A stretch of 35,302 nt of DNA from Pseudomonadota bacterium (GCA_043821645.1 JBDRCO010000090.1:1-35302), one strand, 5' to 3'. Shown: positions 18,441-27,657, counted from the stretch's first letter. The notes: a model not told the origin generated them from the letters alone. Made by a program: numbers and translations.

Positions 18441-20060
18441 TCACCGGCGCTGCTTGACGAAAGGCTCGAACACCGGGGCCCCGGCCGCGCGCGCGATCCA
18501 CTCGGCCACGCGGATGCCGTCGACGGCCGCCGAGGTGATGCCTCCGGCGTAGCCTGCGCCCTCGCCGCAGGGATAGAGACCTGGGTGGGTCAACGACTGC
18601 CCGCGGGCATCGCGCAGCAATCGAACGGGGCTGCTGGTGCGACTCTCGACACCCAGCATCAGGGCTTCGCGGCCCGTGAACCCGTGCAGCTTGCGCTCGA
18701 AGATGGGCAGGGCTCTGAGGAGCTGCGCGTGCACCACCCCAGGCAAGCAGGTCTCGAGGTCCGCGGGAACCGCGTGAGGTCGAAAGCTCTGCCGCGGTAT
18801 CAAGCCGGAGGCCCGGCCCTGCACGAAGTCCTGCACCGCCATGGCCGGCGCACCGTAGCTCTCTCCCGCGGCCCTGAACGCCGCCTGCTCCCAGCGCCGC
18901 TGAAAGTACACGCCACCCAGCAGGTGCTCGCTGGCAAAGTCCTCGGTCGTCACCTTGGCCACCACGCCGGCGTTGGCCAGGCCCGAGGCGCGGGCCGCCG
19001 TGCTCATGCCATTGACCACCACGCAGCCCGGCTCGCTGCTGCACTGGATGACCTCGCCGCCCGGGCACATGCAGAAGCTGTACACCGCACGCTGGTCGTC
19101 GAAGTTGCAGGACAGGCGGTAGTCGGCGACCGGCAGGGACGGGTGACCGACGCTGCGGCCGTACTGCGAGCGGTCGATCAGCTCCTGCGGGTGCTCGACC
19201 CGCACGCCCAGGGCAAAGGGCTTGGGCTCCATGGCCACACCGTGGGCGTGCAGCATCTCGAAGGTGTCGCGGGCACTGTGGCCTGGCGCGAGCACCAGGG
19301 CGTCGCAGGGGATCTCCTCACCTGAGGCCAGCAGCGCCGCGCGCAGGCGTCCGTCGCCGTCGACACGCAGATCGTGCAGGGCCTGGCCAAAGCGATACTG
19401 CGCGCCACGGGTTTCGGCCTCGCTGCGCAGCGCCACCGAGCAGCGCCGGATCACGTCGGTGCCCACGTGGGGCCTGGCCTGCACCAGGATGCGTGCCGGT
19501 GCGCCAAGGCGCACGAAGGTCTCCAGTACGTGGCGCGTGGCCGGATGGTTGATGCGCGTGGTCAGCTTGCCGTCGCTGAAGGTACCGGCGCCGCCCTCGC
19601 CGAACTGCGCATTGGCGTCTGGGTCGAGCACGCCGTGGTTCCACAGCCGCTCCACGGCGGTGATGCGCTGTTCCATGGCGGGCCCACGCTCCAGCACCAC
19701 CGGCGCGATGCCGTAGTCGAGCAGGCGCAGGGCGCAAAAACTGCCCGCCGGGCCGGTGCCCACCACCACAACGCGCGGCGGCGTCGACACCCTGGCCACC
19801 GTCGTGGACACCGGCGCTGGAGCCAGTTCCAGCCGCGCGCCACCAGGTCTGGGTCCCGCCGGCAGAGTTCGATCCGACTCGAAGCTGAAGCTACACGACA
19901 GATGGATGGCGCCCTTGTGGCGTGCATCCAGGCTCTGCCGCTCGAGCACGATCCGCTGGTAGTCCGCAGTCTGCCCGCCCAGGGCGCGGGCGATCAGCAG
20001 CGCCAGGTTGCTCTTCTCCTCGCCGAGCTCGCACTGCAGGTTGGACAGCAGGTAGCGCAT
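18441..20060 (-). CDS. FAD-dependent oxidoreductase (COG2509-type)
   Basis: VVVVGTGPAG Rossmann motif, NAQFGEGGAGTFSDGKL, GHSARD, YSFCMCPGG, NGMS, ESRTSSP, YPCGEGAGYAGGITSAAVDG. Confidence 0.92.
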   Translation of the reverse strand: MRYLLSNLQCELGEEKSNLALLIARALGGQTADYQRIVLERQSLDARHKGAIHLSCSFSFESDRTLPAGPRPGGARLELAPAPVSTTVARVSTPPRVVVVGTGPAGSFCALRLLDYGIAPVVLERGPAMEQRITAVERLWNHGVLDPDANAQFGEGGAGTFSDGKLTTRINHPATRHVLETFVRLGAPARILVQARPHVGTDVIRRCSVALRSEAETRGAQYRFGQALHDLRVDGDGRLRAALLASGEEIPCDALVLAPGHSARDTFEMLHAHGVAMEPKPFALGVRVEHPQELIDRSQYGRSVGHPSLPVADYRLSCNFDDQRAVYSFCMCPGGEVIQCSSEPGCVVVNGMSTAARASGLANAGVVAKVTTEDFASEHLLGGVYFQRRWEQAAFRAAGESYGAPAMAVQDFVQGRASGLIPRQSFRPHAVPADLETCLPGVVHAQLLRALPIFERKLHGFTGREALMLGVESRTSSPVRLLRDARGQSLTHPGLYPCGEGAGYAGGITSAAVDGIRVAEWIARAAGAPVFEPFVKQRR

Positions 20061-20229
20061 GGGTCATCCCGTTCGAGCACCATCATGCCCGGGAGGGCTT
20101 GTGCTGACATGGTCTATCGGACGCCCGGGCGTCAGGTGGTGGAGCAGTTTGCAGTCCGAGGTAGAGGCATCTAACACGGGCTTCTGGATCGTCAACACAC
20201 CCGCGCGGATCACAAAAGCGCAATAACTT

Positions 20230-22143
20230 TCATGAGATCAGGAATCGAGCCGCGACCGCGAGGCCAATGGCGAGCCCAAAGGTCAGGCTACTGATGGCCA
20301 GGGCGCGCAGCCAGCCCAGTTCCTTGGCCAGGGCGGCCACCGTGGCCAGACAGGGGATGTAGAAGGTCACGAACAGGGTGAAGCCATAGATCTGCGAGGC
20401 GCTCATCACCTCGGACACCTGGCTCGTGCCAAGGGCGCCGAACAGCAGCACCAGCGCCAGCTCCTTGCGCAGGATGCCGAACAGCAAGGTGATGCCGAGA
20501 ACCGCGGGCAGGCCCAGCAGGTCGCGGGTGAAGGGCGCCATGGCGCCATTGATGACCGACGCCAGCCCCAGGTGGTTGATGCCCTCGAGCACGATGCTGC
20601 CGACGATGAGCAGGGGCCACGCGATGACCACGAACTCCTTGAGCCGGAACCAGGTCTTGCGCCACAGCTCGATGGGGCGCGGCAGGTGATAGCGAGGAAT
20701 CTCGAGCAGCATGCCTGGGCTGACCTCGGGCATCAGGATCGACATCACCTTGCCCGTGACGACGAGGATCACGGCATTGAGCGCATACACCAGCAGCGCG
20801 GCCTTCATCGAGATGAAGAAACCCACCAGTCCGAAGATCACGGTCATGCGGGCCGAGCAGGGCACCAGGGTGGTCAGGGTGGCGGTGATCAGCTTGTCGC
20901 GGGGTGACTTGAGGATGCGGGTGGCGAGGATGCCGGGCACGGTGCAGCCGTAGCCCATGACGATGGGCACCACGCTCAGGCCGTGCAGGCCGATGCGATG
21001 CATGAAGTTGTCGACGAGCATGGCGATGCGCGGCAGGTAGCCCGAGTCTTCCAGGAAGGCCAGGCACAGGAAGAAGGGAAGCAGGTAGGGCACCACGATG
21101 CCGATGCCACCGCCCACTCCGGCGATGGCGCCGTCGACCACGGCGTACAGCAGACCCGTACCACCCATGCTGCCTCGAACCCAGGCGCGGACACCGTCGA
21201 ACAGGTTCAGGAACAGCGGCTCGAGGCCATTGCCGATGCTGAAGATGAGGCTGAAGGTGCCGTACAGGATGCCGGCGAGGAACAGGTAGCCCAGCACCGG
21301 ATGGAGTAGCACGCTGTCGACCAGGCGGCGCAGGTCGCGCTCGGGGCTGCGCAGCCTGCACACCTTCTCGAACAGGGCAAAGGCCTGGTCGTGGCGCATG
21401 GCCGACACCACGATCTCGGCTGGCTGGCCGTGCTCGTCCTCGAGCTCGCGGCGCAGGGTGTCCAGGGTGGCGCGGGTCTCGTCGTCGAGCTCGCGCTCGA
21501 GCCAGGCCTCGGCGGCTGGGTTTCGTTCGAGCCAGCGCAGGGCCAGGAGTCGGGGGGACGCCTGAGGGATGGGGCGATCGCCCACCAGCTGCACACAGCC
21601 GCGCAGGCAGGCCTCGACGTCCCGCGGTCCCTCGAGGGTGCGCGGGGTCCGACGCTCGCGCCCGGCACGCAGGGCGGCCTCGAACAGCTGGCGCACGCCC
21701 TCGCCCTTGCGCCCGGTGGTCTGCACCACCGGAACACCGAGCAGCCCTGACAGGGCCGCGGCGTCGATCTGCTGCCCCTTGCGCTGCGCCTCGTCCATCA
21801 TGTTGAGGCACAGCACCAGCGGGCGGCCCAGCTCGCACAGCTGCAGGGTCAGCTCCAGGCTGCGCGACAGCATCGAGGCGTCGACGACGTTGACCACCAC
21901 CGCGTCGTCACCAAGCTGCTCGAGCATGGTCACCGCGACGCTGTCTCCCTCGCCGTCGGACAGCAGCGAGTACAGGCCAGGCAGATCGATCAGGTCGAGC
22001 TGTTCGCCGTCGACGTCCAGTGTGCCCCGGGTGAAGGTCACCGACGAGCCCGGACAGTTGGAGGGCACGGCGCGATAGCCCACCACGGCATTGAAGAGGG
22101 TGGACTTGCCCGAGACGGGCTGCCCGACGAGTGCGAGGTCCAT
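20230..22143 (-). CDS. feoB: Ferrous iron transporter B
   Basis: G-domain motifs GQPVSGKST, DLPG, NMMD. Membrane-domain motifs LEDSGYLPR, GYGCTVP, PCSAR, RKE, FYIPC. Confidence 0.95.
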   Translation of the reverse strand: MDLALVGQPVSGKSTLFNAVVGYRAVPSNCPGSSVTFTRGTLDVDGEQLDLIDLPGLYSLLSDGEGDSVAVTMLEQLGDDAVVVNVVDASMLSRSLELTLQLCELGRPLVLCLNMMDEAQRKGQQIDAAALSGLLGVPVVQTTGRKGEGVRQLFEAALRAGRERRTPRTLEGPRDVEACLRGCVQLVGDRPIPQASPRLLALRWLERNPAAEAWLERELDDETRATLDTLRRELEDEHGQPAEIVVSAMRHDQAFALFEKVCRLRSPERDLRRLVDSVLLHPVLGYLFLAGILYGTFSLIFSIGNGLEPLFLNLFDGVRAWVRGSMGGTGLLYAVVDGAIAGVGGGIGIVVPYLLPFFLCLAFLEDSGYLPRIAMLVDNFMHRIGLHGLSVVPIVMGYGCTVPGILATRILKSPRDKLITATLTTLVPCSARMTVIFGLVGFFISMKAALLVYALNAVILVVTGKVMSILMPEVSPGMLLEIPRYHLPRPIELWRKTWFRLKEFVVIAWPLLIVGSIVLEGINHLGLASVINGAMAPFTRDLLGLPAVLGITLLFGILRKELALVLLFGALGTSQVSEVMSASQIYGFTLFVTFYIPCLATVAALAKELGWLRALAISSLTFGLAIGLAVAARFLIS

Positions 22144-22145
22144 GG

Positions 22146-22412
22146 TCAGGCCACCGGGATCACGTCAATGCGGCAGGCCAGACCGCGGCCGATGGCGACC
22201 TCGGTATCGCGCACGCGCACCAGCAGTGGACCGCCCAGGGGGGTGCGCTGCAGCACCTCGACCTCGTCACCCACCACCAGCCCCAGGTTGTGCATGTTGA
22301 GCACGGCCCCGCGGCCGAGGTGCACGCTGAGCACGCGCACGCGCTCGCCTGGACGGCAGTCCGTGAGGTGGCGGTGCGCGGTGACGGTGACATCGAGATC
22401 ATCGCGACGCAT
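22146..22412 (-). CDS. feoA: Ferrous iron transport protein A
   Basis: SH3-like FeoA pattern L...GE...V...LGL..G..V.V....PLGGPLLVRV....VAIGR, located between the regulator and feoB. Confidence 0.92.
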   Translation of the reverse strand: MRRDDLDVTVTAHRHLTDCRPGERVRVLSVHLGRGAVLNMHNLGLVVGDEVEVLQRTPLGGPLLVRVRDTEVAIGRGLACRIDVIPVA

Positions 22413-22413
22413 G

Positions 22414-23151
22414 TCAGGCCTCGTCCTGCACCAGCACGGCGCCGGCCTCGTCGACGGGGATGTCCAGTTCGTAGCCCTGGATCCGGATCCGGATCGCCTG
22501 CGCTCCGCGGTGCAGCACCTCGAGCTCGACGTCCGGCAACAGTCCCATGTTCAGCAGGTGTTCGCGGGCGTTGCCCGCATCCGCGATCTGGGTGACCCGC
22601 GCCCGCGCTCCGGCCGCGATCTCGGGCAGCGTGCGCGAGCGCTCCGTGCTGGTCAGGCGCCGCTGCTTGCGCGCCGGGCAGTCGGTTTCGCAGTGGCTGT
22701 CCTCATGCACCAAACTGCAGCGGTGGAACTTGGTCAGGAACTGGCTGCCCTCGGGGCACACGTTGAGAAACTCGAAGAAGCGCGCCAGGTGATCCAGGCC
22801 TCCGGCGCTCAGGCTGTGCTCCATGGCGCAGGCGTCGGCCCGCGCCGAGCTGGGCTCCATCTGCAAGATGTCCTCGAAGAAACGATTCAGCAGCTGGTGG
22901 CGCGCAAAGACGCGGCGTGCGACCTCTTCGCCCTCGGGGGTCAGGTCGATGAACTCGCGCTGGGCGTAGTGGATCAGCCCCAGGTCCGAGAGCCGACGCA
23001 TGGCCGGCGTGACCGAGGCCGCACGGACCTTGCGCGCCCGGGCGATGTCCTTCACCCGCGCCACACGCTGGTCGCGCACCAGCTCGTAGATGGTCTCCAG
23101 ATAGTCCTCGAGAGCACCAGTTAGTTGAATTTGCTGTTCTATTTCGCTCAT
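22414..23151 (-). CDS. DtxR/MntR-family metal-dependent repressor with C-terminal FeoA-like domain
   Basis: LEDYLE, ARVKDIA..(HTH), RH.LL.FF..IL, ACAMEH metal-ligand motif, and a C-terminal LLNMGLLP SH3-like domain. Confidence 0.92.
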   Translation of the reverse strand: MSEIEQQIQLTGALEDYLETIYELVRDQRVARVKDIARARKVRAASVTPAMRRLSDLGLIHYAQREFIDLTPEGEEVARRVFARHQLLNRFFEDILQMEPSSARADACAMEHSLSAGGLDHLARFFEFLNVCPEGSQFLTKFHRCSLVHEDSHCETDCPARKQRRLTSTERSRTLPEIAAGARARVTQIADAGNAREHLLNMGLLPDVELEVLHRGAQAIRIRIQGYELDIPVDEAGAVLVQDEA

Positions 23152-23168
23152 ATTAGTCAAGACTAATA
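23151..23168. promoter_or_regulatory. DtxR/MntR-type operator palindrome
   Basis: TATTAGTC-AA-GACTAATA, a perfect 8-bp inverted repeat with a TTAG-N6-CTAA core, abutting the regulator start codon. Confidence 0.8.
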
Positions 23169-23188
23169 AAAGCTGAGGCGTCTGTCAA
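23160..23188 (-). promoter_or_regulatory. Sigma70 promoter of the regulator-feoA-feoB operon
   Basis: On the - strand, TTGACA (23188-23183) - 17 bp - TAGTCT (23165-23160), ending 8 nt before the ATG. Confidence 0.75.
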
Positions 23189-23458
23189 TAGTCTCAAAAA
23201 ACGCGGCCTGCAAGGACGCTCGCCGCAGATCGCGGCTGGGTGCGCGCGCAGGCGTCCGGGGGGGGCGCTCCCCGTCGCGTCCAGGCTGTGTCGAAGCACT
23301 GAGGGTGAACACCCGGGGCCTCGACCTGACGCGGTGGCGGCGCCGCGGCTTGTGCTCCCCGGGCGAAGACGCTACACAGCGAGATTGCCCGCGTGCTGGC
23401 CGGCGAGGGTCCAGGGGATCCACGGCGCCTGGCCAATCAAGGAACCAAGGAGAGGACG

Positions 23459-24931
23459 ATGACCGTGAGCACATCCGAGCCCAAGACCCTGCAGATGAAC
23501 AAGCTCCAGGACTCCCTCAAGCGGCCAGCGTACAAGGTCAAGGACATCACCCTGGCCGAATGGGGCCGCAAGGAAATCGTCATCGCCGAGAAGGAGATGC
23601 CCGGTCTGGTGTCGGTGCGCCACAAGTACGGCTCGCAGCAACCGCTCAAGGGCCAGCGCATCACCGGGTCGCTGCACATGACCATCCAGACCGCGGTGCT
23701 CCTGGAGACCCTGCAGGAACTGGGTGCCGAGGTGCGCTGGGCCAGCTGCAACATCTTCTCGACCCAGGATCACGCGGCGGCTGCCGTGGCCAAGGCGGGC
23801 ACGCCGGTATTCGCGTGGAAGGGCGAGAGCCTCAAGGATTACTGGTGGTGCACGCTGCAGGCGCTGCTGTTCGATGGCGACCAGGGACCGACCCAGATCG
23901 TCGACGACGGCGGCGATGCCACCATCATGATCCACCTCGGCTACGAGCTGGAGAACCACTTCGAGAAGCACGGTCAGCTGCCCCCCATCACCGTCGAGAG
24001 TGACGACGAGCGCGAGCTGATGACCCTGCTGCACGAGCTGGTGCTCAAGGACGCCACCCTGTGGCACCGCATGGTCCCCGGGATCCGCGGCGTCAGCGAG
24101 GAGACCACCACGGGCGTTCATCGCCTGTACCAGCGCATGGAGCAGGGCAAGCTGCTGTTCCCGGCCTTCAACGTCAACGACAGCGTGACCAAGAGCAAGT
24201 TCGACAACCTGTACGGCTGCCGCGAGTCCCTGGCCGACGGCATCAAGCGCGCCACCGACGTCATGGTGGCGGGCAAGCGCGTGCTGATCTGCGGCTACGG
24301 CGACGTGGGCAAGGGCTGCGCTCGGTCCATGCGCGGCTTCGGCGCCATCGTGCGCGTCACCGAGATCGACCCCATCTGCGCCCTGCAGGCCAGCATGGAA
24401 GGCTTCCAGGTCACCACCGTCGAGGAGGTTCTGGCGGACACCGACATCTACGTCACCGCCACCGGCAACCTCGGCGTGATCACCTCCCGTCACATGGCGC
24501 ACATGAAGGACCAGGCCATCGTGTGCAACATCGGCCACTTCGACTCCGAGATCGACGTCGCAGGTTTGCTCAAGGTGCCGGGCCTGAGCCACAGCGAGAT
24601 CAAGCCCCAGGTCGACGCCTATACCTTCGAGGACGGGCACACGATCTTCCTGCTGGCTGGCGGACGCCTGGTCAACCTGGGCTGCGCCACCGGGCACCCC
24701 AGCTTCGTGATGTCCAACTCCTTCACCAATCAGACCCTGGCCCAGCTCGCCCTGGCCCGCGAGGACCACGCGATCGACGTGTATCGCCTGCCCAAGGCGC
24801 TGGATGAGGAGGTGGCGCGGCTGCACCTGGACAAGCTGGGCGTCAAGCTCACCCGCCTGTCCCCGGAGCAGGCGGCCTACATCGGGGTCGACGCCAACGG
24901 CCCGTACAAGCCCGAGCATTATCGCTACTGA
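23459..24931 (+). CDS. ahcY: Adenosylhomocysteinase (SAH hydrolase)
   Basis: [74 protein letters not shown]-terminal HYRY. Confidence 0.98.
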   Translation: MTVSTSEPKTLQMNKLQDSLKRPAYKVKDITLAEWGRKEIVIAEKEMPGLVSVRHKYGSQQPLKGQRITGSLHMTIQTAVLLETLQELGAEVRWASCNIFSTQDHAAAAVAKAGTPVFAWKGESLKDYWWCTLQALLFDGDQGPTQIVDDGGDATIMIHLGYELENHFEKHGQLPPITVESDDERELMTLLHELVLKDATLWHRMVPGIRGVSEETTTGVHRLYQRMEQGKLLFPAFNVNDSVTKSKFDNLYGCRESLADGIKRATDVMVAGKRVLICGYGDVGKGCARSMRGFGAIVRVTEIDPICALQASMEGFQVTTVEEVLADTDIYVTATGNLGVITSRHMAHMKDQAIVCNIGHFDSEIDVAGLLKVPGLSHSEIKPQVDAYTFEDGHTIFLLAGGRLVNLGCATGHPSFVMSNSFTNQTLAQLALAREDHAIDVYRLPKALDEEVARLHLDKLGVKLTRLSPEQAAYIGVDANGPYKPEHYRY

Positions 24932-25743
24932 TGCCGCGGCGACGCGCAGCTCGCGTCGACGACGCGGAGGTGAAGACGACGGAGCCCGCACAGGCTCCGG
25001 TGGAGGCACCGCTCACCTCGAGTCGCCTGACCCATGTCAAGGACGTGCGCATCACGCGGGTTCCCACGCCGCAGTCCGTCAAGATGTATGGCAAGAGCCC
25101 CAGCGTGTTGCGGCCGATGGCCGCGCGCTATCACACCGCGCCCTGCTCGCAGTGCGATAGCCGCTGCTGCCAGGAAAAGGTCTGTGTCAACATCGTGGAC
25201 CTGGCGCGCATGGTGCTGTACCTGGGTGTGGCGCCCGAGGAGCTGGTGGTGCTCGACCCCGAGCACCAGAGCACCCTGACCATCCCGGCGCTCATCCAGG
25301 GCACTGCGCACCACATGCTGCTCAGGCGGGTTCCCACCGAGGGCCTGCCCATGCCTGCCTGCCACATGGTGGCCTACCCGGGAGGTCACCGGCGCTGCGG
25401 CATCCACAGCGTGCGTCCCGGGGTGTGCAGGGCCTATCCCTTCAGCTTCTACACCGACCGTGGCAGGTTCTTCTATGTCGGTCTGCCGGTGTTGTGTCCC
25501 ATCAGCTGGGCACTCACCGACGAGGCCCGGCGCGCCCTCGAGCTCGAGATCGTGGCCTGGCGCGATCAGAACGACCACGCCGAGCGCCACATCAAGCGCT
25601 GGAATCGCGAGCACGGCGACGAGGGTGCTGGCGCCTTCTTCCGTTTTGCCGTCGAGAAGGGCGCCCTGAAGCTGGGGATTGACCCGCGACCCTACCTGCT
25701 GGCGAACACCGCCAGTGGCTTCACCCGCAAGAGGCTGTGGTAG
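24931..25743 (+). CDS. YkgJ/CxxCxxCC (FliB-like) cysteine-cluster protein
   Basis: CSQCDSRCC...C...CGIHSVRPGVCRAYPF...CP. TGATG overlap with ahcY. Confidence 0.85.
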   Translation: MPRRRAARVDDAEVKTTEPAQAPVEAPLTSSRLTHVKDVRITRVPTPQSVKMYGKSPSVLRPMAARYHTAPCSQCDSRCCQEKVCVNIVDLARMVLYLGVAPEELVVLDPEHQSTLTIPALIQGTAHHMLLRRVPTEGLPMPACHMVAYPGGHRRCGIHSVRPGVCRAYPFSFYTDRGRFFYVGLPVLCPISWALTDEARRALELEIVAWRDQNDHAERHIKRWNREHGDEGAGAFFRFAVEKGALKLGIDPRPYLLANTASGFTRKRLW

Positions 25744-25776
25744 GCGAGGCTCCTGCTGGCTCCTCGGTCCAGCTGC

Positions 25777-26124
25777 TCAACCAAAGGTCCCGCCGTCGTG
25801 GCCCCAGGAGGATCCATCGACCTCGGTGAAGTTGAGAAACACGCGGCTGGTGGCCAGACCCAGGCGCGCGTGCAGCAGTTCGCTGATCTGCTCGGACAGG
25901 CTGCGATTGACCGCTGGCGTCAGGCCGCCGATGGAGCGCAGGTCGCCAAAGGCCGCCGGGCCCACCTCGCCGGCCATGCACATGGGCGCCTGGTCCACAA
26001 TGGTCATCACGTAGGTCTCGGGCTTTCCTATCGTTTGCGCCACGATGCGCGACAGCTCGGTGAGGAGCGTCGTCGTGGTCGCCTCGTCGATGGTCGCCGA
26101 GGTATGCACCTTGAGCATGGGCAT
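25777..26124 (-). CDS. MIF / phenylpyruvate tautomerase family protein
   Basis: MP start (catalytic Pro), GKPETYVM, SIGG, RVFLNF..V....WG..G.TF. 115 aa, with AAGGGAG SD. Confidence 0.92.
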   Translation of the reverse strand: MPMLKVHTSATIDEATTTTLLTELSRIVAQTIGKPETYVMTIVDQAPMCMAGEVGPAAFGDLRSIGGLTPAVNRSLSEQISELLHARLGLATSRVFLNFTEVDGSSWGHDGGTFG

Positions 26125-26174
26125 GGGGTCTCCCTTTCTTGAGGCTGCCCGCGGCGTTGCGGCCAGCAGACGCG

Positions 26175-26888
26175 TTACACGATCACGACCGGGAGCTCGC
26201 GATCGATGGTGATGCCATCGGGTTGGACACGGGCGCGCAGGCCGAGCATCTCGACGCCGGCGGCGCGCGCGGTGGCAAAGGCCTCGGCGTAGTCGAGGTC
26301 GATGTGCGCCGCGGGTCCGACGCTGTGGGCGTCGTCACGTTGCACCAGGTAGAGCGTCACGGCGCGATCCCCGGCCAGCACCCGCTCGGCCAGACTCAGC
26401 AGGTGGCGGCGGCCGCGCGCGGTCACCGCATCCGGGAACAGGGCGACCCCGTCCTCGACCAGCGTCACGCTCTTGACCTCGAGCCACAGCGCCCGGCCGG
26501 CGCGATCGCGCAACAGGAAGTCGACTCGGCTTGAGTGGTCGGGCAAGAAGGCCTCGCGCCGTTCGAGACCCAGCTCGCAGAAGTGCCGCAGAGCACCAGC
26601 GCGCAGGGCGGCCTCCACCACCGCGTTGGCGTGGACGGGGTTGGCTCCCACCAGGGTCGAGCCTGCCTGCACGATCTCGAGGCGGTAGGGCAGGGCAGTG
26701 TGGGTTCGTGCCAGCAACCACACGGGGCTGCCGGGGGTCGAGCACCCGGTCATGCGCCCGGGGTTGGGGCAATGGGCTCGCACCGTCTCGCCATCGTCGA
26801 GCTGGACCTCGACCACGAAGCGATTGGGGCGGCGCAGCAGGGTCCCTCGGCGCAGCGGGGCGGTGTAGGGCAGAACAGGCACGCCCAT
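26175..26888 (-). CDS. sfsA: DNA/RNA nuclease SfsA
   Basis: RPNRF, AHCPNPGRM, SRVDFLL, LEVKSVTL, FPDAVTARGRRHL, YLVQR. ATG 26888 preferred as start. Confidence 0.95.
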   Translation of the reverse strand: MGVPVLPYTAPLRRGTLLRRPNRFVVEVQLDDGETVRAHCPNPGRMTGCSTPGSPVWLLARTHTALPYRLEIVQAGSTLVGANPVHANAVVEAALRAGALRHFCELGLERREAFLPDHSSRVDFLLRDRAGRALWLEVKSVTLVEDGVALFPDAVTARGRRHLLSLAERVLAGDRAVTLYLVQRDDAHSVGPAAHIDLDYAEAFATARAAGVEMLGLRARVQPDGITIDRELPVVIV

Positions 26889-26919
26889 CCTGTGCCGCGG
26901 TCCGGCGACCCGGCGGCGC

Positions 26920-27270
26920 TCAGCCACCGTCGGCGGTCTCGAAGCTCAGGCCATTGTCCTGGGCCGACTGGCACTCGGCAGCGCAGTGGGTCTGGTAGCA
27001 GGCCGCAGCGACGACGCGAATAGGCTGGTCGGGCTCGGTGTCGACCATCTGCGTCGCCACCTCCTCCGAGCAGGTCTCGTCCTCGGCGGTGTCCCCCGGC
27101 AGGCAGTTCTGGTCCGCATTTCCCGGTCCCAGGGCCGTACCGTCGGTGGCGGTTTCCTGCAGACACGCGCAGCACTCGCTGCCGGCCACCAGGCGAGGAT
27201 CTGTCAGCACGGAGGCGGCCGCGCCGACCAGGGCCAGCAGCAGGACGAGCAGGGAACAAAGCCGTCGCAT
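26920..27270 (-). CDS. Small secreted Cys-rich acidic hypothetical protein
   Basis: GAGG SD and MRRLCSLLVLLLALVGAAA signal peptide. Mature part has CCAC...C...C...CYQTHCAAEC. Confidence 0.7.
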   Translation of the reverse strand: MRRLCSLLVLLLALVGAAASVLTDPRLVAGSECCACLQETATDGTALGPGNADQNCLPGDTAEDETCSEEVATQMVDTEPDQPIRVVAAACYQTHCAAECQSAQDNGLSFETADGG

Positions 27271-27604
27271 GGCAACCTCAGCCACGCCCAACCTAGTCCA
27301 CAAGCCCGACGTGGCGATCTCACGCTACGAGTCTGCGCAGCCCGGGTCAACCGCCCAGGGCTTGCTTGTTGTCGAGCCCGCACTACATGGAAGCCGTCAC
27401 CGAGAGGGCCGGGGAATGGAACTGCACCGTCCACACAGCGAAGCACGCCAGGTCGCACCCGGCAGGGAGAAATCACCGGATATTGAGGAGTTCAGGCCGG
27501 CCCGGACACCACCGCCGGATTCCCATCGAGCCTGTCGCTGTGCTCGCAAGGCCTTGACACTGCTGAAGGATCGCCTCCCAAAACCGCACTGGTGGGCGCG
27601 CTGA

Positions 27605-27657
27605 CATCGGTCACTTGACCGATGCGATGAGCTACCACACCTCGGTCATTCGGCCGA
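27605..27657. promoter_or_regulatory. Tandem palindromic operator-like sites upstream of the cglD-like gene
   Basis: Perfect CATCGGTCA-CT-TGACCGATG (27605-27624) and degenerate TCGGTCA-TT-CGGCCGA (27642-27657). Confidence 0.6.

Noticed and set aside
23245..23410. Known riboswitch upstream of ahcY: SAH-like fragments (GGGGCGCT..CCAGGCT) and SAM-IV-like fragments (GTGCTCCCCGGGCGAAGAC, TGCTGGCCGGC)
   Set aside because: The SAH core GAGGAGCGCTGC and its pseudoknot partner are missing. The SAM-IV-like pieces are in reversed order and lack GGCAAC. The comparison is from memory, so it is not called without an Infernal hit.
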